A stretch of DNA of 59,646 bases from a virus (IMGVR_UViG_3300005613_000073:1-59646), one strand, 5' to 3'. Positions 10,364-20,184 are shown, counted from the first letter of the stretch. Notes: a model not told the origin generated them from the sequence alone. Translations and numbers: made by a program.

Positions 10364-10836
10364 ATGTCCCCCTCGTAAGTAAACTCAAAGTACTGGTTAT
10401 CGTTGATCTTAGGGCCTAGCCCTATGACACAACCTAGGTAAGCTAACAGTTTCAAACCATTGTAATTATTAGCCCACATATAATTCTTCAAAGTACCTTT
10501 TCTACTTAGCTCAGTAAATATCTTTTTTATCTTTCTTAGTTTAAACACTGGGTTTACATCAGCCATACTATTTTGGATGTACCAAGGATAAATAAAGCCC
10601 CCTCTTTCAGAGTAACCCCATACGCCTATAACCTCTGGAGCATCATCAATAACTCTACCAACCATATATGCGTTATCTGAGTTATACGCAGATAAAGCCA
10701 ATGCCTCAACAGGATAAGACTTAGGGTAAAAATCTATACATTCCATTGATTCAGCGTAGTTGATAGCGAATTTCCTCAATTTAAGTTCGTCTAGTATTAA
10801 ACCAATACCCCAATTGCTTATATCTATTGTAAACAT
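10354..10836 (-). CDS. T7 gp13-like GNAT-fold virion assembly protein
   Basis: IGVWG...PW...LKNYMWANNYNGLKLLAYLG matches the gp13/DUF2833 pattern; follows the nozzle gene. Confidence 0.7.
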   Translation of the reverse strand: MFTIDISNWGIGLILDELKLRKFAINYAESMECIDFYPKSYPVEALALSAYNSDNAYMVGRVIDDAPEVIGVWGYSERGGFIYPWYIQNSMADVNPVFKLRKIKKIFTELSRKGTLKNYMWANNYNGLKLLAYLGCVIGLGPKINDNQYFEFTYEGDICA

Positions 10837-10853
10837 TGTCTCTCCTAAAGTAG

Positions 10854-10874
10854 AGCTAGGGAGTTACCCTAGCT
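10854..10874 (-). terminator. Hairpin after nozzle gene (weak terminator or processing site)
   Basis: AGCTAGGG-N5-CCCTAGCT perfect stem; poor U-tract. Confidence 0.4.
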
Positions 10875-13800
10875 ATACAGTATTAATAATCTCGTCTATC
10901 TCACATTTAAAAACTATTGTATCAAAACTATGGAATAGTCCTGAAGAACACTTTAGTCTAAACTCAGCTGACCTTAGATTACCTTGTAGTGGTAAGTCCA
11001 CTATCTGGTTTCTAAAGTAATTACTATACAAATCACCGTAGTCTTCTAGTAAAGTAACATTCAACGTCTCTGTGCTGAACTTATCTGCTAGAGTAACTTC
11101 AACTTCACCATCACCGAAGTGTGACAAAGTTATAGAACGTATAGCAGGATCAGCGGTAACATCACCTATGTTCTGCGGTGTCTTTAAAAGTATATTTCTT
11201 AGTATAGCTTCTGAATCATACAGAACACCAATACAGTAATCATTATATGTGATGGAACCATTATCAGGAATAAACGTGTGATAGCTAGTATTGTTTACTA
11301 TATCAGTCTCTAACACAACAGGTAAGTGGTCGTCGTCTGTGTAAGCTAAGGTTATAATATCCTCATACTTACTAAGTACAGTTAGCAAACCATTAGCCTC
11401 ACCTATTGAGCTATTTGAGGCATCAAATATTATAGAGCCATCAAGACACACTGGGATAGGTTTATCTGGTGATAAATGTTCATTGACATAACCATGTTGG
11501 AATACATCTAATAAGAAGTAACCAACGCCTACGCCGTGCACAGTATCAACCATGAAACCTAAAGTATCATTAAGTTTAAAACAGTAACTAGAGTTTAAGC
11601 GTAAACTAAATTTACACCACTGATTCTGTACTCTCTGGTTATCTGGAGTTTTAAACTCTTTAAAAACAGTAAATATCTTTTCAACAGGCGACCAGAAAAC
11701 CAATGTATCTAAGTTATCAAATGTTGTCATTCTTATATCATCTATAGCTATAGGATTACTTAACCCTGTCATGTATTGTGGCACATGTGCATTAAGCTGG
11801 TTGCTGGCAACGCCACCATTGTTTTGTATGACCAACTCATATACACCGTATTCTCCACCGATCTTAGAGATATATACTATAGTATCATTAAACGTCTGAG
11901 GCTTAACACTAGCTACAGTGTCTACCTGTTTTAAGAAGTCTATACCACAGTTAGTAGGGGTTAAACCTAAGTCACCATGGATTAATCTAAACAAACCTTT
12001 GCTTGACATTGCAAATACATTAGCACCAATCAAATGTGTTGATATAAAGGACGAACCATTGTTCTGTCCTGATGCAATATCTATAGGGTCTGTATCAAGC
12101 ACGTCTGTCGCTGTCTCAGCAAAGAAGTTAAAGTAATCTCCAGTCCTAGATAGTATGAAGTTCTCACCAGAGATAAAACCTAGTCTATTCTGATAGAAGA
12201 ACATATCTGAAATACCTTTACCCACAAATGATGGCTCAGGTACAGACTCGGAATCACCAACCATTCTGTGACCCCAAGGGTTTGTTTCTTGTGTGAAAGT
12301 TGCAGTACCAGCACCAATGGCTGACACATTAAACACTAATGGCATCGTACTAGCGGATAACCATGCCGAATCTCCTGCACCAGTAGCATCAGAAGGTTCT
12401 ATGGTTTCTTCCCATCGCCCATCTTGTGTATCAAATCTTAAGTAATAAGTACCAGTATCATCTTTAGCATCTGATGTTACCTTAACAATAGAACCATCAG
12501 CTACATCATACGGTGGTAAGTCGTTGAACTTTGAAACAACACCATTGTATACTGACAATGCCTGGTTACCATAGCTATCAGAACCACTGAACTCATCAAA
12601 TCTAGCATAGTTAACTACCGCAGGATTAGCATTAGTATCCACAGGTGTAACAGTTACCACATTACCTTTATGATATACATCTGCAATAGTTGAAGGTATC
12701 CCAGTTGTTACAGTTACACTAGTATCTGTTGCTGTAATAGTAACACCTATCTTGAACCAATTAGGAGCAACCCCACCCTCTACTTCGGTTATAACATGTT
12801 TACCATTAGCAGCTGCTGTTGAACATCCAGATATTTCTACAGTACTGCCTACAACAAAAGCTCTACTGTTTAAACCAGAGTTTATGCTGATTATATCAGT
12901 ACCTGTTGTTGCGGTGCAAGTGTAGGACTGGGGTTCCATAGCAGCAGCAATGAAGCTTGCTACGTCTTCTGATCTCGGGTTAGGATGATCATCTCTAATT
13001 TCAACACCAGAGTTAACAACTGGCATTATTACTGCAGGCGTTCCTATTGCGTAGTCTATGTAGAATATATTAGCAGGAGTACATTCAACTCTTTTAATGA
13101 AGTGATACTTCTGGTCAACACCTGTGTGTCCTGTACCATCAATGTATACTCTACTACCTTCATAGAAATCTCTATTAACATTAACTGTGAACTTAGCTTC
13201 ACTTGTTGTACCAACTGGCGCAACACTACCGGCTACTGTACCGTTTGATATCTGAGGAACAACATGTTCAAACACATAATCATCTGTACCATGTGTAAGC
13301 TTAACATTATATTTAGCCCCAGCTATTGGTCTTTTAACATACACTATGCCTGCGTAAGGCGCTGGTGGATGTAAGTCTACAGGAGTAGTTGACATAGCCA
13401 CAGTAGTGTTCCTATTAGAAACTATAAGTCTACTACCTAAAGTATACACGCTTATATCTGATGCTTTAGTGTTAGCTGTTGACAAGTAAGAAGAGCCTGT
13501 GAAAGCTAACAAATCATCAGTAACCATGTGCATAGGAACCAGTGTCAAAGCGTCTGTATCTTCATGTTTATAAACACGTAAATCTCCAGCCTGGAAGTCT
13601 ACTAAAACAGTAAACTTACCTGTAACTCCAGAGCTATCCTGAAGTTCAACTTCTTGTGTGTATACATATTGATGCTTAGGAATATCCTGTGGAGGGGTTA
13701 AGTTTATGCTACTATTATTATAGTCGTACAATGGTCTACAACCTGGTCTCCTGCTGAGCCCTGTGGTTATATCACCAATCATATTTTCTTGTTTATGTAA

Positions 13801-13881
13801 CTGGTTGTCAAGCTTAAGTGCAGCAATTTGTTCGGTTACACCATTGTACAATCCTGCTATCATTTTGTTTAACTTTTGCAT
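10873..13881 (-). CDS. Tail tubular protein B / nozzle (T7 gp12-like)
   Basis: GLYNGVTEQ...GLSRRPG start; RMVGD...PEPSFVG...FFYQNRLGF...LSRTGDYFNFF...DTDPID. Confidence 0.92.
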   Translation of the reverse strand: MQKLNKMIAGLYNGVTEQIAALKLDNQLHKQENMIGDITTGLSRRPGCRPLYDYNNSSINLTPPQDIPKHQYVYTQEVELQDSSGVTGKFTVLVDFQAGDLRVYKHEDTDALTLVPMHMVTDDLLAFTGSSYLSTANTKASDISVYTLGSRLIVSNRNTTVAMSTTPVDLHPPAPYAGIVYVKRPIAGAKYNVKLTHGTDDYVFEHVVPQISNGTVAGSVAPVGTTSEAKFTVNVNRDFYEGSRVYIDGTGHTGVDQKYHFIKRVECTPANIFYIDYAIGTPAVIMPVVNSGVEIRDDHPNPRSEDVASFIAAAMEPQSYTCTATTGTDIISINSGLNSRAFVVGSTVEISGCSTAAANGKHVITEVEGGVAPNWFKIGVTITATDTSVTVTTGIPSTIADVYHKGNVVTVTPVDTNANPAVVNYARFDEFSGSDSYGNQALSVYNGVVSKFNDLPPYDVADGSIVKVTSDAKDDTGTYYLRFDTQDGRWEETIEPSDATGAGDSAWLSASTMPLVFNVSAIGAGTATFTQETNPWGHRMVGDSESVPEPSFVGKGISDMFFYQNRLGFISGENFILSRTGDYFNFFAETATDVLDTDPIDIASGQNNGSSFISTHLIGANVFAMSSKGLFRLIHGDLGLTPTNCGIDFLKQVDTVASVKPQTFNDTIVYISKIGGEYGVYELVIQNNGGVASNQLNAHVPQYMTGLSNPIAIDDIRMTTFDNLDTLVFWSPVEKIFTVFKEFKTPDNQRVQNQWCKFSLRLNSSYCFKLNDTLGFMVDTVHGVGVGYFLLDVFQHGYVNEHLSPDKPIPVCLDGSIIFDASNSSIGEANGLLTVLSKYEDIITLAYTDDDHLPVVLETDIVNNTSYHTFIPDNGSITYNDYCIGVLYDSEAILRNILLKTPQNIGDVTADPAIRSITLSHFGDGEVEVTLADKFSTETLNVTLLEDYGDLYSNYFRNQIVDLPLQGNLRSAEFRLKCSSGLFHSFDTIVFKCEIDEIINTV

Positions 13882-14465
13882 TACAAAGGTCTCCTATCAA
13901 CAAGTCTCTGATATGTTGGGTTATCTGATAACGCTGGACGATCGTTGTCCATCTCATTCTCATGTATCCTGTTTAAAGCAGACAATCGTTTTGCTTCAGA
14001 GAACTGGATAGGAACCGCTTTACCTTTGAGTACTAAATAGTTACCTATTGCAGCTATCTTAATATATTCTTTAACTACTTCGGACATGTCATCGAAGTCC
14101 ATAAGTATGCTGTAGTCTAAATAAAGTTCATCGTAATCACTAAAGTCATCAGTCAATTCTGCCATATCGTATAGCTTACCATCTTTAATAGTCATCTTAT
14201 CTAGTTCTGTGTTTTTGTATAAACATATGAGATTAAGTCTAACTGTGTAAGTATCTGCAGGTAAGTTTATGTGACCAGAGGTGTCTGGTATAAACCGCTG
14301 ATTTGAGTAAAACGCACGACGTAAGTCCATACGCTGGACACTTGCTATTACTGACTCTAGTACTATAAGAGCTGGGGATATTAAGTTATAATTTGTTGTA
14401 AGGTCTGATACTGGAGGACTACCTGTCCACACTAGCATCTCATTAATGATGTCAAGTTTTGTCAT
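13881..14465 (-). CDS. Tail tubular protein A / adaptor (T7 gp11-like)
   Basis: TKLDIINEML...G.PPV; position after capsid terminator. Confidence 0.85.
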   Translation of the reverse strand: MTKLDIINEMLVWTGSPPVSDLTTNYNLISPALIVLESVIASVQRMDLRRAFYSNQRFIPDTSGHINLPADTYTVRLNLICLYKNTELDKMTIKDGKLYDMAELTDDFSDYDELYLDYSILMDFDDMSEVVKEYIKIAAIGNYLVLKGKAVPIQFSEAKRLSALNRIHENEMDNDRPALSDNPTYQRLVDRRPL

Positions 14466-14475
14466 GACTCCTCCA

Positions 14476-14508
14476 ATAAAAGTAAAGGGACACCCGAAGG
14501 TATCCCTT
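14476..14508 (-). terminator. Rho-independent terminator after capsid gene (T-phi position)
   Basis: AAGGGATACC-TTCG-GGTGTCCCTT followed by TACTTTTATT. Confidence 0.85.
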
Positions 14509-14516
14509 ATGTTTTC

Positions 14517-15539
14517 TTATGAATAAGATAAAGTTGATCCAGCGAACTGTACACAACCTGATGGATTAATCCAATCACTTCCGTACATTTCTCTTGCAAC
14601 TATGATGTCGGACTGACTTAAGATATGCCTACCGACTTCAAAACCGAGTCCTTTACGAACTAAGTTTGCAATACACTCTTTCTGCCAAGCTATACCTACA
14701 GTCTTAGAAGCATCGTAAGTATGGTTCAACCATTTGCTTGTGTCAGAAACATCAGTGTGAGGGATATTGTTTGACTGGATAATTCTGAAACCTAAAAGCA
14801 TATTAATAACACCTTTAGAGATAGAACCTGATCCATCAATATCTTTGTCGATTACGGATACAACTTCATTCTTAGCGTACTGAAGCAGTGAACGATACTG
14901 TTCTGAAGGAAGTGCAACGTATCTGTCTTCCCCAGGAACGTTCTGCTTGTTCATAGCGTCATATGCTAATCCAATAGCTTCATATACAGAAGCACCAAGT
15001 TCGTTCATTGTTGCTGCTCCACCGCCGGATGGGTTAAGAATGAGCTTGTCACTTTCAATCTTAGTACCAGAACCGGCTTCACTATCGTCAAGAACGTGAG
15101 AAGCTTCGGAACCTTTAAGGATTGAAAGGAAGTTAATGTAATCTTTTTGTCTAGCAAGTGCTCTAGCAAGCTTCGTAATAAGAGGCTGTCTAACATCATA
15201 ATGTAAGATGAACTGCTCAACATCATGGAGAATACCATGTGATACTCTAAGTCCATCAATTAAGATATTTTTCTTAGCGAAGTTTACTGCACTTCCAGTC
15301 ATTTCATAGCCAGAAGCTAAGAGTTCAGCGTCTGCTTCACCCATTGCGTCGAATGTGGCTGATTCACCATAAGCAATGTTCTTTTCAGTGAACATGCCTT
15401 TTGTAACTAGTTTCTTATGGTAGATGGACAGGAGCTCGAACAATAACATATCACGAAATAGTTCTGTCATGTCTCCACCGCTCTGATTTAATTCCCCTGG
15501 TCTAATGGCAGAGAAATCAGTAATTGCTTGTATACCCAT
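14517..15539 (-). CDS. Major capsid protein (T7 gp10-like)
   Basis: GESATF..G, ILIDG, HYDVR...LARALA...D, VP.EDRY, LLGFRIIQSNNIP; 340 aa after scaffold. Confidence 0.92.
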   Translation of the reverse strand: MGIQAITDFSAIRPGELNQSGGDMTELFRDMLLFELLSIYHKKLVTKGMFTEKNIAYGESATFDAMGEADAELLASGYEMTGSAVNFAKKNILIDGLRVSHGILHDVEQFILHYDVRQPLITKLARALARQKDYINFLSILKGSEASHVLDDSEAGSGTKIESDKLILNPSGGGAATMNELGASVYEAIGLAYDAMNKQNVPGEDRYVALPSEQYRSLLQYAKNEVVSVIDKDIDGSGSISKGVINMLLGFRIIQSNNIPHTDVSDTSKWLNHTYDASKTVGIAWQKECIANLVRKGLGFEVGRHILSQSDIIVAREMYGSDWINPSGCVQFAGSTLSYS

Positions 15540-15595
15540 TAGTATCTCCTTGTTTTAGTTGTTAGCTAAAGGACGTATGATTAAAACAAAGGTAT

Positions 15596-15655
15596 CCGTG
15601 CAATCGTCATTCCGTAGAAGGACAAAGACGGGCTAAGGTAACCATGAGTACCTAG
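15596..15655 (-). promoter_or_regulatory. Structured leader upstream of capsid gene
   Basis: Minus-strand hairpin CTAGGTA..TACCTTAG, then nested stems CCGT/ACGG and GTC/GAC with TTC-TACG-GAA (UNCG loop). Confidence 0.45.
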
Positions 15656-15665
15656 TTGCTTATAG

Positions 15666-16436
15666 TTATCTAATAGCTTTCCTATTAGTAACACTCAATC
15701 TGTTCTTAACGTGTTCGGTGTAGTGCATATCTTCACCGTATCTTTTATCATGCATAGCATTAAGTACTTCAGTTTTTGAATTGAAAGGCTTAACGACTGC
15801 TGCGTTTCCACCACCGCCACCTCTTAAGAGGTTAGGGTTAGCTTTATTGTATTGTGTATGTAAGTCCTTAACTGCTTTCTTGATTGTACCTAAGTTAGTA
15901 GACTGGAGCATTTCATTGTAAGTTTCCTTTTCTTCCTGACTTAAGTTCGACCCAGCCCAGTTAAGTATAGTTTTAAAGTTCTCTTCGCCACCAACTACTT
16001 CAGCTACTTCTTTTCTATTCTGCTGTTGGTTGACTTTTGATGTCTCTATAAAACTATTAATAACCTCATCGTTAACACCAAGTTTATGTAATGATGCTCT
16101 AGTTGCTTCAGACACTTCACCTGTCTCATGGAACTCAAGTGATGCTTTAGTAACAGCGTCATTCATAGAGGATGGCTCTGCATCATCCCTAGTTGCAGCG
16201 TCTTTGACATCCTTAGGGTCTACCTCTGGTGGTGTATTTGGATCATCACCATTAGTTTCTGTGTTCTGGTTAGAACCCAGCTTCTTCTGTAACTCTTGAT
16301 ATCCTTTCTCAAGTTCTTCTACACTTTTATATTTACCTGCTAATAGCTTTACATCATCATTGTTATCTGATGGCTTATCTACAGTAGTGTCTTTTGTAGG
16401 TTCATTGGTTGGTATCTGTAAGTTAAGTTCTGGCAT
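15666..16436 (-). CDS. Capsid assembly scaffolding protein (T7 gp9-like)
   Basis: LLAGKYKSVEELEKGYQELQKKLG; VGGEENF..ILNWA..NLS; AMHDKRY. Confidence 0.9.
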   Translation of the reverse strand: MPELNLQIPTNEPTKDTTVDKPSDNNDDVKLLAGKYKSVEELEKGYQELQKKLGSNQNTETNGDDPNTPPEVDPKDVKDAATRDDAEPSSMNDAVTKASLEFHETGEVSEATRASLHKLGVNDEVINSFIETSKVNQQQNRKEVAEVVGGEENFKTILNWAGSNLSQEEKETYNEMLQSTNLGTIKKAVKDLHTQYNKANPNLLRGGGGGNAAVVKPFNSKTEVLNAMHDKRYGEDMHYTEHVKNRLSVTNRKAIR

Positions 16437-16642
16437 TATGCGTCTCCTTGAGGTTTATTAGGTGCTTCTTTTTTCTTATTAGTCTTCTTAGTTTTAACTG
16501 GTTTAGTTGTGTCAATAACTCCGGCTCCTGGCTGTCCTGCCTTGGTTACTGTGAAATCCCCCTGCTGTGTAATTACAGTAGGTCTCTTTTCTAAAGGTAC
16601 TTTAGCTGTAAGTGATTTTTTACTGCCTCTCTGTGTTCCCAT
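16436..16642 (-). CDS. Small basic hypothetical protein
   Basis: GGAGG RBS; overlaps portal end and abuts scaffold start. Confidence 0.6.
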   Translation of the reverse strand: MGTQRGSKKSLTAKVPLEKRPTVITQQGDFTVTKAGQPGAGVIDTTKPVKTKKTNKKKEAPNKPQGDA

Positions 16643-18173
16643 CTTGCATTGCCTCCTTAGCTATTACTGGTGCGAGATTTCCAGCAACCTCATTTGCCTG
16701 AGCTGCCTGCATCTCTTGTTGAATATCTTCGTCAGACTTAAGTAAATCACCTTCGTCTAACTGCATTGCTCTTGATAAAGCATCAAGAAATGTACCATCT
16801 TTAAGTCTCTGGTTCCACTTAGGATTATTAGCTATGAATGATCCAAATGTCATAAGTCTTTCAGCATTGTGTCCTTTACCTAAGACCTCATAACCGCCAA
16901 CAATCTTTAGACTTACTCCAGCTTTGTCTAGTACTGTAGTTATACCAGTGACTAAACCTTTCTTACGCATGATTCTGAAAACAGTATGAATCATAGGTAG
17001 CTGTAGTGTAGCGGATAGTTTGCTGTAGATACCACCTAAGGCGTTTTCTAAAGCTAACGCTAGTCTCTTGATTTCTTCTGCAGTTACCCTCTCCCCAGAG
17101 CGTTGTATTGATATTTTGTCAGCATAAGACATACCTAATTCTCTCTTAGTATTAGTTATATGTTCAAGTAAAGCTCTCATGTCCTGAGTCTTGTTAGGTG
17201 ATATAAAAGCTAAATCATCTGACTCACCTGTCTCGAATGGTATATCCTTTTTACTATCAGCTAAGTCTCTAGCTAACTTACTATTTCTACACAGACCTAC
17301 TGTCATAGAAGATATAGTAATAATCTTATTTAAAACACGAGAAAATTCCTCTACTGTATAGGCATCACCGTAGTAGTCCTCAGCAAATGCTCTACCATAT
17401 GATGCATTAGGTAACAGTATTAAAACAGGAAAAATGTATGGAGATTCTCTTTCTAGCACAATAGTTTCTTCAGTGACTACAATATCATTAATCTCTTGCC
17501 AAATCTTTACTTTGTCCTTGTTGACTCTCTCAATACCAGTGTATAACTTAACTGAATCAGTCTCCAGAGTTTTCTTATCACCAGTGAATACATCAGTTGT
17601 TAGTAAGTCTCTAGTCTCTTGATCTAACATACGTACTGACATTGTTTCTTCAATGACTGCCATGATGATATTGCCTCTACAATCCCTACTAACAGTGTAC
17701 TGCCAAAGCGGTATTACACTAGTAGACCCATCATCTTCAGTGTAAAGACACGTATTACCACCAATGATGAGCTGCCGTAAAGCTTCGTATAGACTTGAGT
17801 TAGCCATCTGGTTTCTAAAATACGAGTGGACTGCGTCTTCTTCTTTGAATAACTTCTTTCTAATCTCTTGAATATCTTTAATGTTTACATCATCAGGATC
17901 GAGTGCAAAGAATCGTCCTTGTGGAGGAAACAAAGTAAGCAACAAACTACCTGCTAGGGTATTAACATAGCGTGCAGTTGAGCTCTGATAAGTCGTGTGT
18001 AACTTCATTTCATCCGATGTATTGACATCGCTTGGAAACAGTGAGGGTATGGTATACATTGACATCTTTTGAGCACGTGCCAGTACCATGTCCCTTGTAC
18101 TTTTCATTGTTTGATACCTTGATTCTAGTGAACCATTTAGTACATCTTTAAAATCTTTTATGTTCATTTCCAT
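16620..18173 (-). CDS. Portal / head-tail connector (T7 gp8-like)
   Basis: YTIPSLFP, VNTLAGSLLLTLFPP, SYGRA, RSGERVTAEEI...LENALGGIYS. Confidence 0.95.
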   Translation of the reverse strand: MEMNIKDFKDVLNGSLESRYQTMKSTRDMVLARAQKMSMYTIPSLFPSDVNTSDEMKLHTTYQSSTARYVNTLAGSLLLTLFPPQGRFFALDPDDVNIKDIQEIRKKLFKEEDAVHSYFRNQMANSSLYEALRQLIIGGNTCLYTEDDGSTSVIPLWQYTVSRDCRGNIIMAVIEETMSVRMLDQETRDLLTTDVFTGDKKTLETDSVKLYTGIERVNKDKVKIWQEINDIVVTEETIVLERESPYIFPVLILLPNASYGRAFAEDYYGDAYTVEEFSRVLNKIITISSMTVGLCRNSKLARDLADSKKDIPFETGESDDLAFISPNKTQDMRALLEHITNTKRELGMSYADKISIQRSGERVTAEEIKRLALALENALGGIYSKLSATLQLPMIHTVFRIMRKKGLVTGITTVLDKAGVSLKIVGGYEVLGKGHNAERLMTFGSFIANNPKWNQRLKDGTFLDALSRAMQLDEGDLLKSDEDIQQEMQAAQANEVAGNLAPVIAKEAMQDGNTERQ

Positions 18174-18175
18174 AG

Positions 18176-18394
18176 TTATATCCTCGGTATACCTAAGCCA
18201 GTAACATTAGGTGTATACTTAGTAACACCACTAGCTCTTGAGGTAACTTTTTTCTTTTTCTTGTTTACCGCTGAGTCATCACCTAACAGTGGCATCTCAA
18301 CTTCAGACTCTTTCATGGGTATGATTGGTTCAGGAGAAGGAGGTTGCTTAGGAATTTCATAGGTGGGTGCTTTACGATTACCAAATAAACACAT
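18176..18394 (-). CDS. Small virion protein (T7 gp6.7/7.3 position)
   Basis: MC start, Pro-rich, ends TGLGIP; directly upstream of portal. Confidence 0.65.
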   Translation of the reverse strand: MCLFGNRKAPTYEIPKQPPSPEPIIPMKESEVEMPLLGDDSAVNKKKKKVTSRASGVTKYTPNVTGLGIPRI

Positions 18395-18397
18395 AAA

Positions 18398-18592
18398 TTA
18401 TAACCCCTTTAACTCTTTAATAAAGTTTCTTTTGAAATCCTGTAGTGCTGCCATTTCTCTTAGTTCATTATCTGTCATCTTTCTTGATATACGATCTGAG
18501 TCGATCATCTTATTTAAAACAGAAAGAACTGCTTTACCTGATAAAGACTTCACAGTTAAGTCGTCTTTGTCACTGTTGATGGTATACTCCAT
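18398..18592 (-). CDS. Hypothetical protein (T7 gp6.5 position)
   Basis: AGGAGG RBS, 64 aa, synteny. Confidence 0.6.
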   Translation of the reverse strand: MEYTINSDKDDLTVKSLSGKAVLSVLNKMIDSDRISRKMTDNELREMAALQDFKRNFIKELKGL

Positions 18593-18615
18593 ATAAACCT
18601 CCTAAGTGTTATACA

Positions 18616-18648
18616 TAAAAAAACCCACCTAAGTTAATAGATGGGTTG
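18616..18648 (-). terminator. Rho-independent terminator between exonuclease and structural genes
   Basis: AACCCATCTA-TTAACT-TAGGTGGGTT followed by TTTTT on the minus strand. Confidence 0.7.
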
Positions 18649-18737
18649 TAATGCTAAAGTGAATACTTAAGTATACATCTTAGATATTACTTAAGTGTTT
18701 GTTTTCCCTTCGTTAGTCAGGGGATGAGTTATGTAAA

Positions 18738-19577
18738 CTATTCTGGTGGATTCCAAAGTACCACTTGACCATCGAGATTTTCTTGACTTCTTAATATAAA
18801 TGCCATTCGAGCATTTCTTATTGCATCATTGGTACTATGGTCTTTGTCAAGAAAAGTTTGCACGACCGCTGACCAAAGACCGACCGGATTACCAAAGTAA
18901 GGTCTAAGTATCTTATCTGCACGCTTTTCACCAATACCTTTACAACCACCAAAACCATCAGTAGGGTCACCTTTCAAAATTTGTTTGTAAAAGAAGAAAT
19001 CAGCTTCGTCTTCCGATGGTTTTTCAAAAGTTCTTTTATACCAGTTGTAACAATGGCATGGAACTTGCTTGAGGTCTTTATCAATAGTTGCAATAACAGA
19101 ACCGTAGCTACCATAGATGCCCATGATATCATCAGCTTCCAAGTGTCTTACAAACATTACAAACACTGGTATACCTAGCAATTCACTTATGTACCTTATC
19201 CTGTTTTTATTACCAATGTTATGCATAGTTTCCTTAAGAGTATCAAGTAAACTTTTGTATGGTAAAGTGGTGTTTTTTCTGTTTGACTTGTAGTCTGGAT
19301 ACAAGCCATGTCTAAAGTACTTACCAGATGGACATGACACTGCAAAGATTACACAGTTGACATCATCGTCACGTCTGTATAGTACTTCGGTTGTTATTGT
19401 GTTAACAAGTTCATATATCATCTGTAGTGCTTGTTCTTCATGTTGTATTAACTCTGGTTCTGTACCGTCTTCCCAGTCGATTACATCTGATGATAGGTAA
19501 CTTGCTTTGTGAAACAGGATATCTCCGTCGATTACTAGTGTCTCCTCTGGGTGGAACTCGTCTAATGCTCTGGTCAT
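18738..19577 (-). CDS. 5'-3' exonuclease (T7 gp6 / flap endonuclease family)
   Basis: LVIDGD, FRHGLYPDYKSNRK, LEADD, IDKDLKQVP, GDPTDGFGGCKGIGEKRA; start at 19577 after GGAGG. Confidence 0.93.
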   Translation of the reverse strand: MTRALDEFHPEETLVIDGDILFHKASYLSSDVIDWEDGTEPELIQHEEQALQMIYELVNTITTEVLYRRDDDVNCVIFAVSCPSGKYFRHGLYPDYKSNRKNTTLPYKSLLDTLKETMHNIGNKNRIRYISELLGIPVFVMFVRHLEADDIMGIYGSYGSVIATIDKDLKQVPCHCYNWYKRTFEKPSEDEADFFFYKQILKGDPTDGFGGCKGIGEKRADKILRPYFGNPVGLWSAVVQTFLDKDHSTNDAIRNARMAFILRSQENLDGQVVLWNPPE

Positions 19578-19753
19578 TTTACCTCCCCAAATGTCTCTAT
19601 ACATTTTTTACACCTTTTATAATACCCTTCTATGTCTTGTTTGCATAATAAACAATAATTAAGTCTAGTTTCTAAAAAAGGACAATGTAGAGAACAACCA
19701 TTAACACTTGACACTACAATTGTTGTTTCCACTTTTTTTGTTATTCGTTTCAT
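19574..19753 (-). CDS. Cys-rich 59-aa hypothetical protein
   Basis: Not in ORF track: MKRITKKVETTIVVSSVNGCSLHCPFLETRLNYCLLCKQDIEGYYKRCKKCIETFGEVK; GGAGG RBS; ATGA overlaps with both neighbours. Confidence 0.75.
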   Translation of the reverse strand: MKRITKKVETTIVVSSVNGCSLHCPFLETRLNYCLLCKQDIEGYYKRCKKCIETFGEVK

Positions 19754-20163
19754 TTTTCCTCCAGAAGCTCTGGGTTTTCGTATATGTTGCCGATTATTTC
19801 GTAAGTAACTTCAAATACGCCTTTACCATACCAACGGCACAAACAACCTTGGATGCCAGTTTTAACCGCTTCCACCGTGTTACTATTTTTAATAAGCCAT
19901 TTAGTCGAACAACCATCACCGCAGAATAACTTTGTTTTTACTATATGCCCTTCGTATATCAAATCACCGTTCTTATCTTTTAGTCCTGTGCATTGTATTG
20001 CTTTGTAATCCGTATTAGCGTATCTGATGGGATTATGGCAACTAATGTGTTCAATACATAAATTTCCTTCAAAATCTATATAAAAGTAATCTGCTTCTGT
20101 TTCCTCTAAAAATTTATTTGTCGTAGTGTCTAAAACCTTAAACTTAAATCTGTCGTTGTTCAT
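19750..20163 (-). CDS. YopX family protein
   Basis: RFKFKV.D, QCTGLKDKNG..IYEG.IV, EIIGNIYENPELL. Confidence 0.92.
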   Translation of the reverse strand: MNNDRFKFKVLDTTTNKFLEETEADYFYIDFEGNLCIEHISCHNPIRYANTDYKAIQCTGLKDKNGDLIYEGHIVKTKLFCGDGCSTKWLIKNSNTVEAVKTGIQGCLCRWYGKGVFEVTYEIIGNIYENPELLEEK

Positions 20164-20184
20164 TTCCCCTCCTCATATATCATT

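Larger units (their letters stand above)
1..19753 (-). mobile_element. T7-like podovirus segment A (exonuclease through tail fibres; truncated at window edge)
   Basis: All long ORFs are on the minus strand in T7 order gp6, small genes, portal, scaffold, capsid, gp11-gp16, fibre; mostly GGAG(G) RBSs; GATC-poor. Confidence 0.9.

Noticed and set aside
14517-14560. T7 gp10B-style capsid frameshift extension
   Set aside because: A terminator and the next gene follow directly; there is no room for an extension.
202-18596. Plus-strand ORFs of 60-130 aa in the left arm, and minus-strand ORFs in the right arm
   Set aside because: Antisense shadows of well-supported genes, with no RBS or recognisable motifs.
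18601-18610. CTAAGTGT shared with the hairpin arms at 27316-27354
   Set aside because: Only 8 bp in AT-rich DNA; too weak to link the two arms.
1-19753. T7-type RNA polymerase promoters
   Set aside because: No repeated ~20-bp promoter consensus found by eye in the intergenic gaps, and no RNA polymerase gene in the window.
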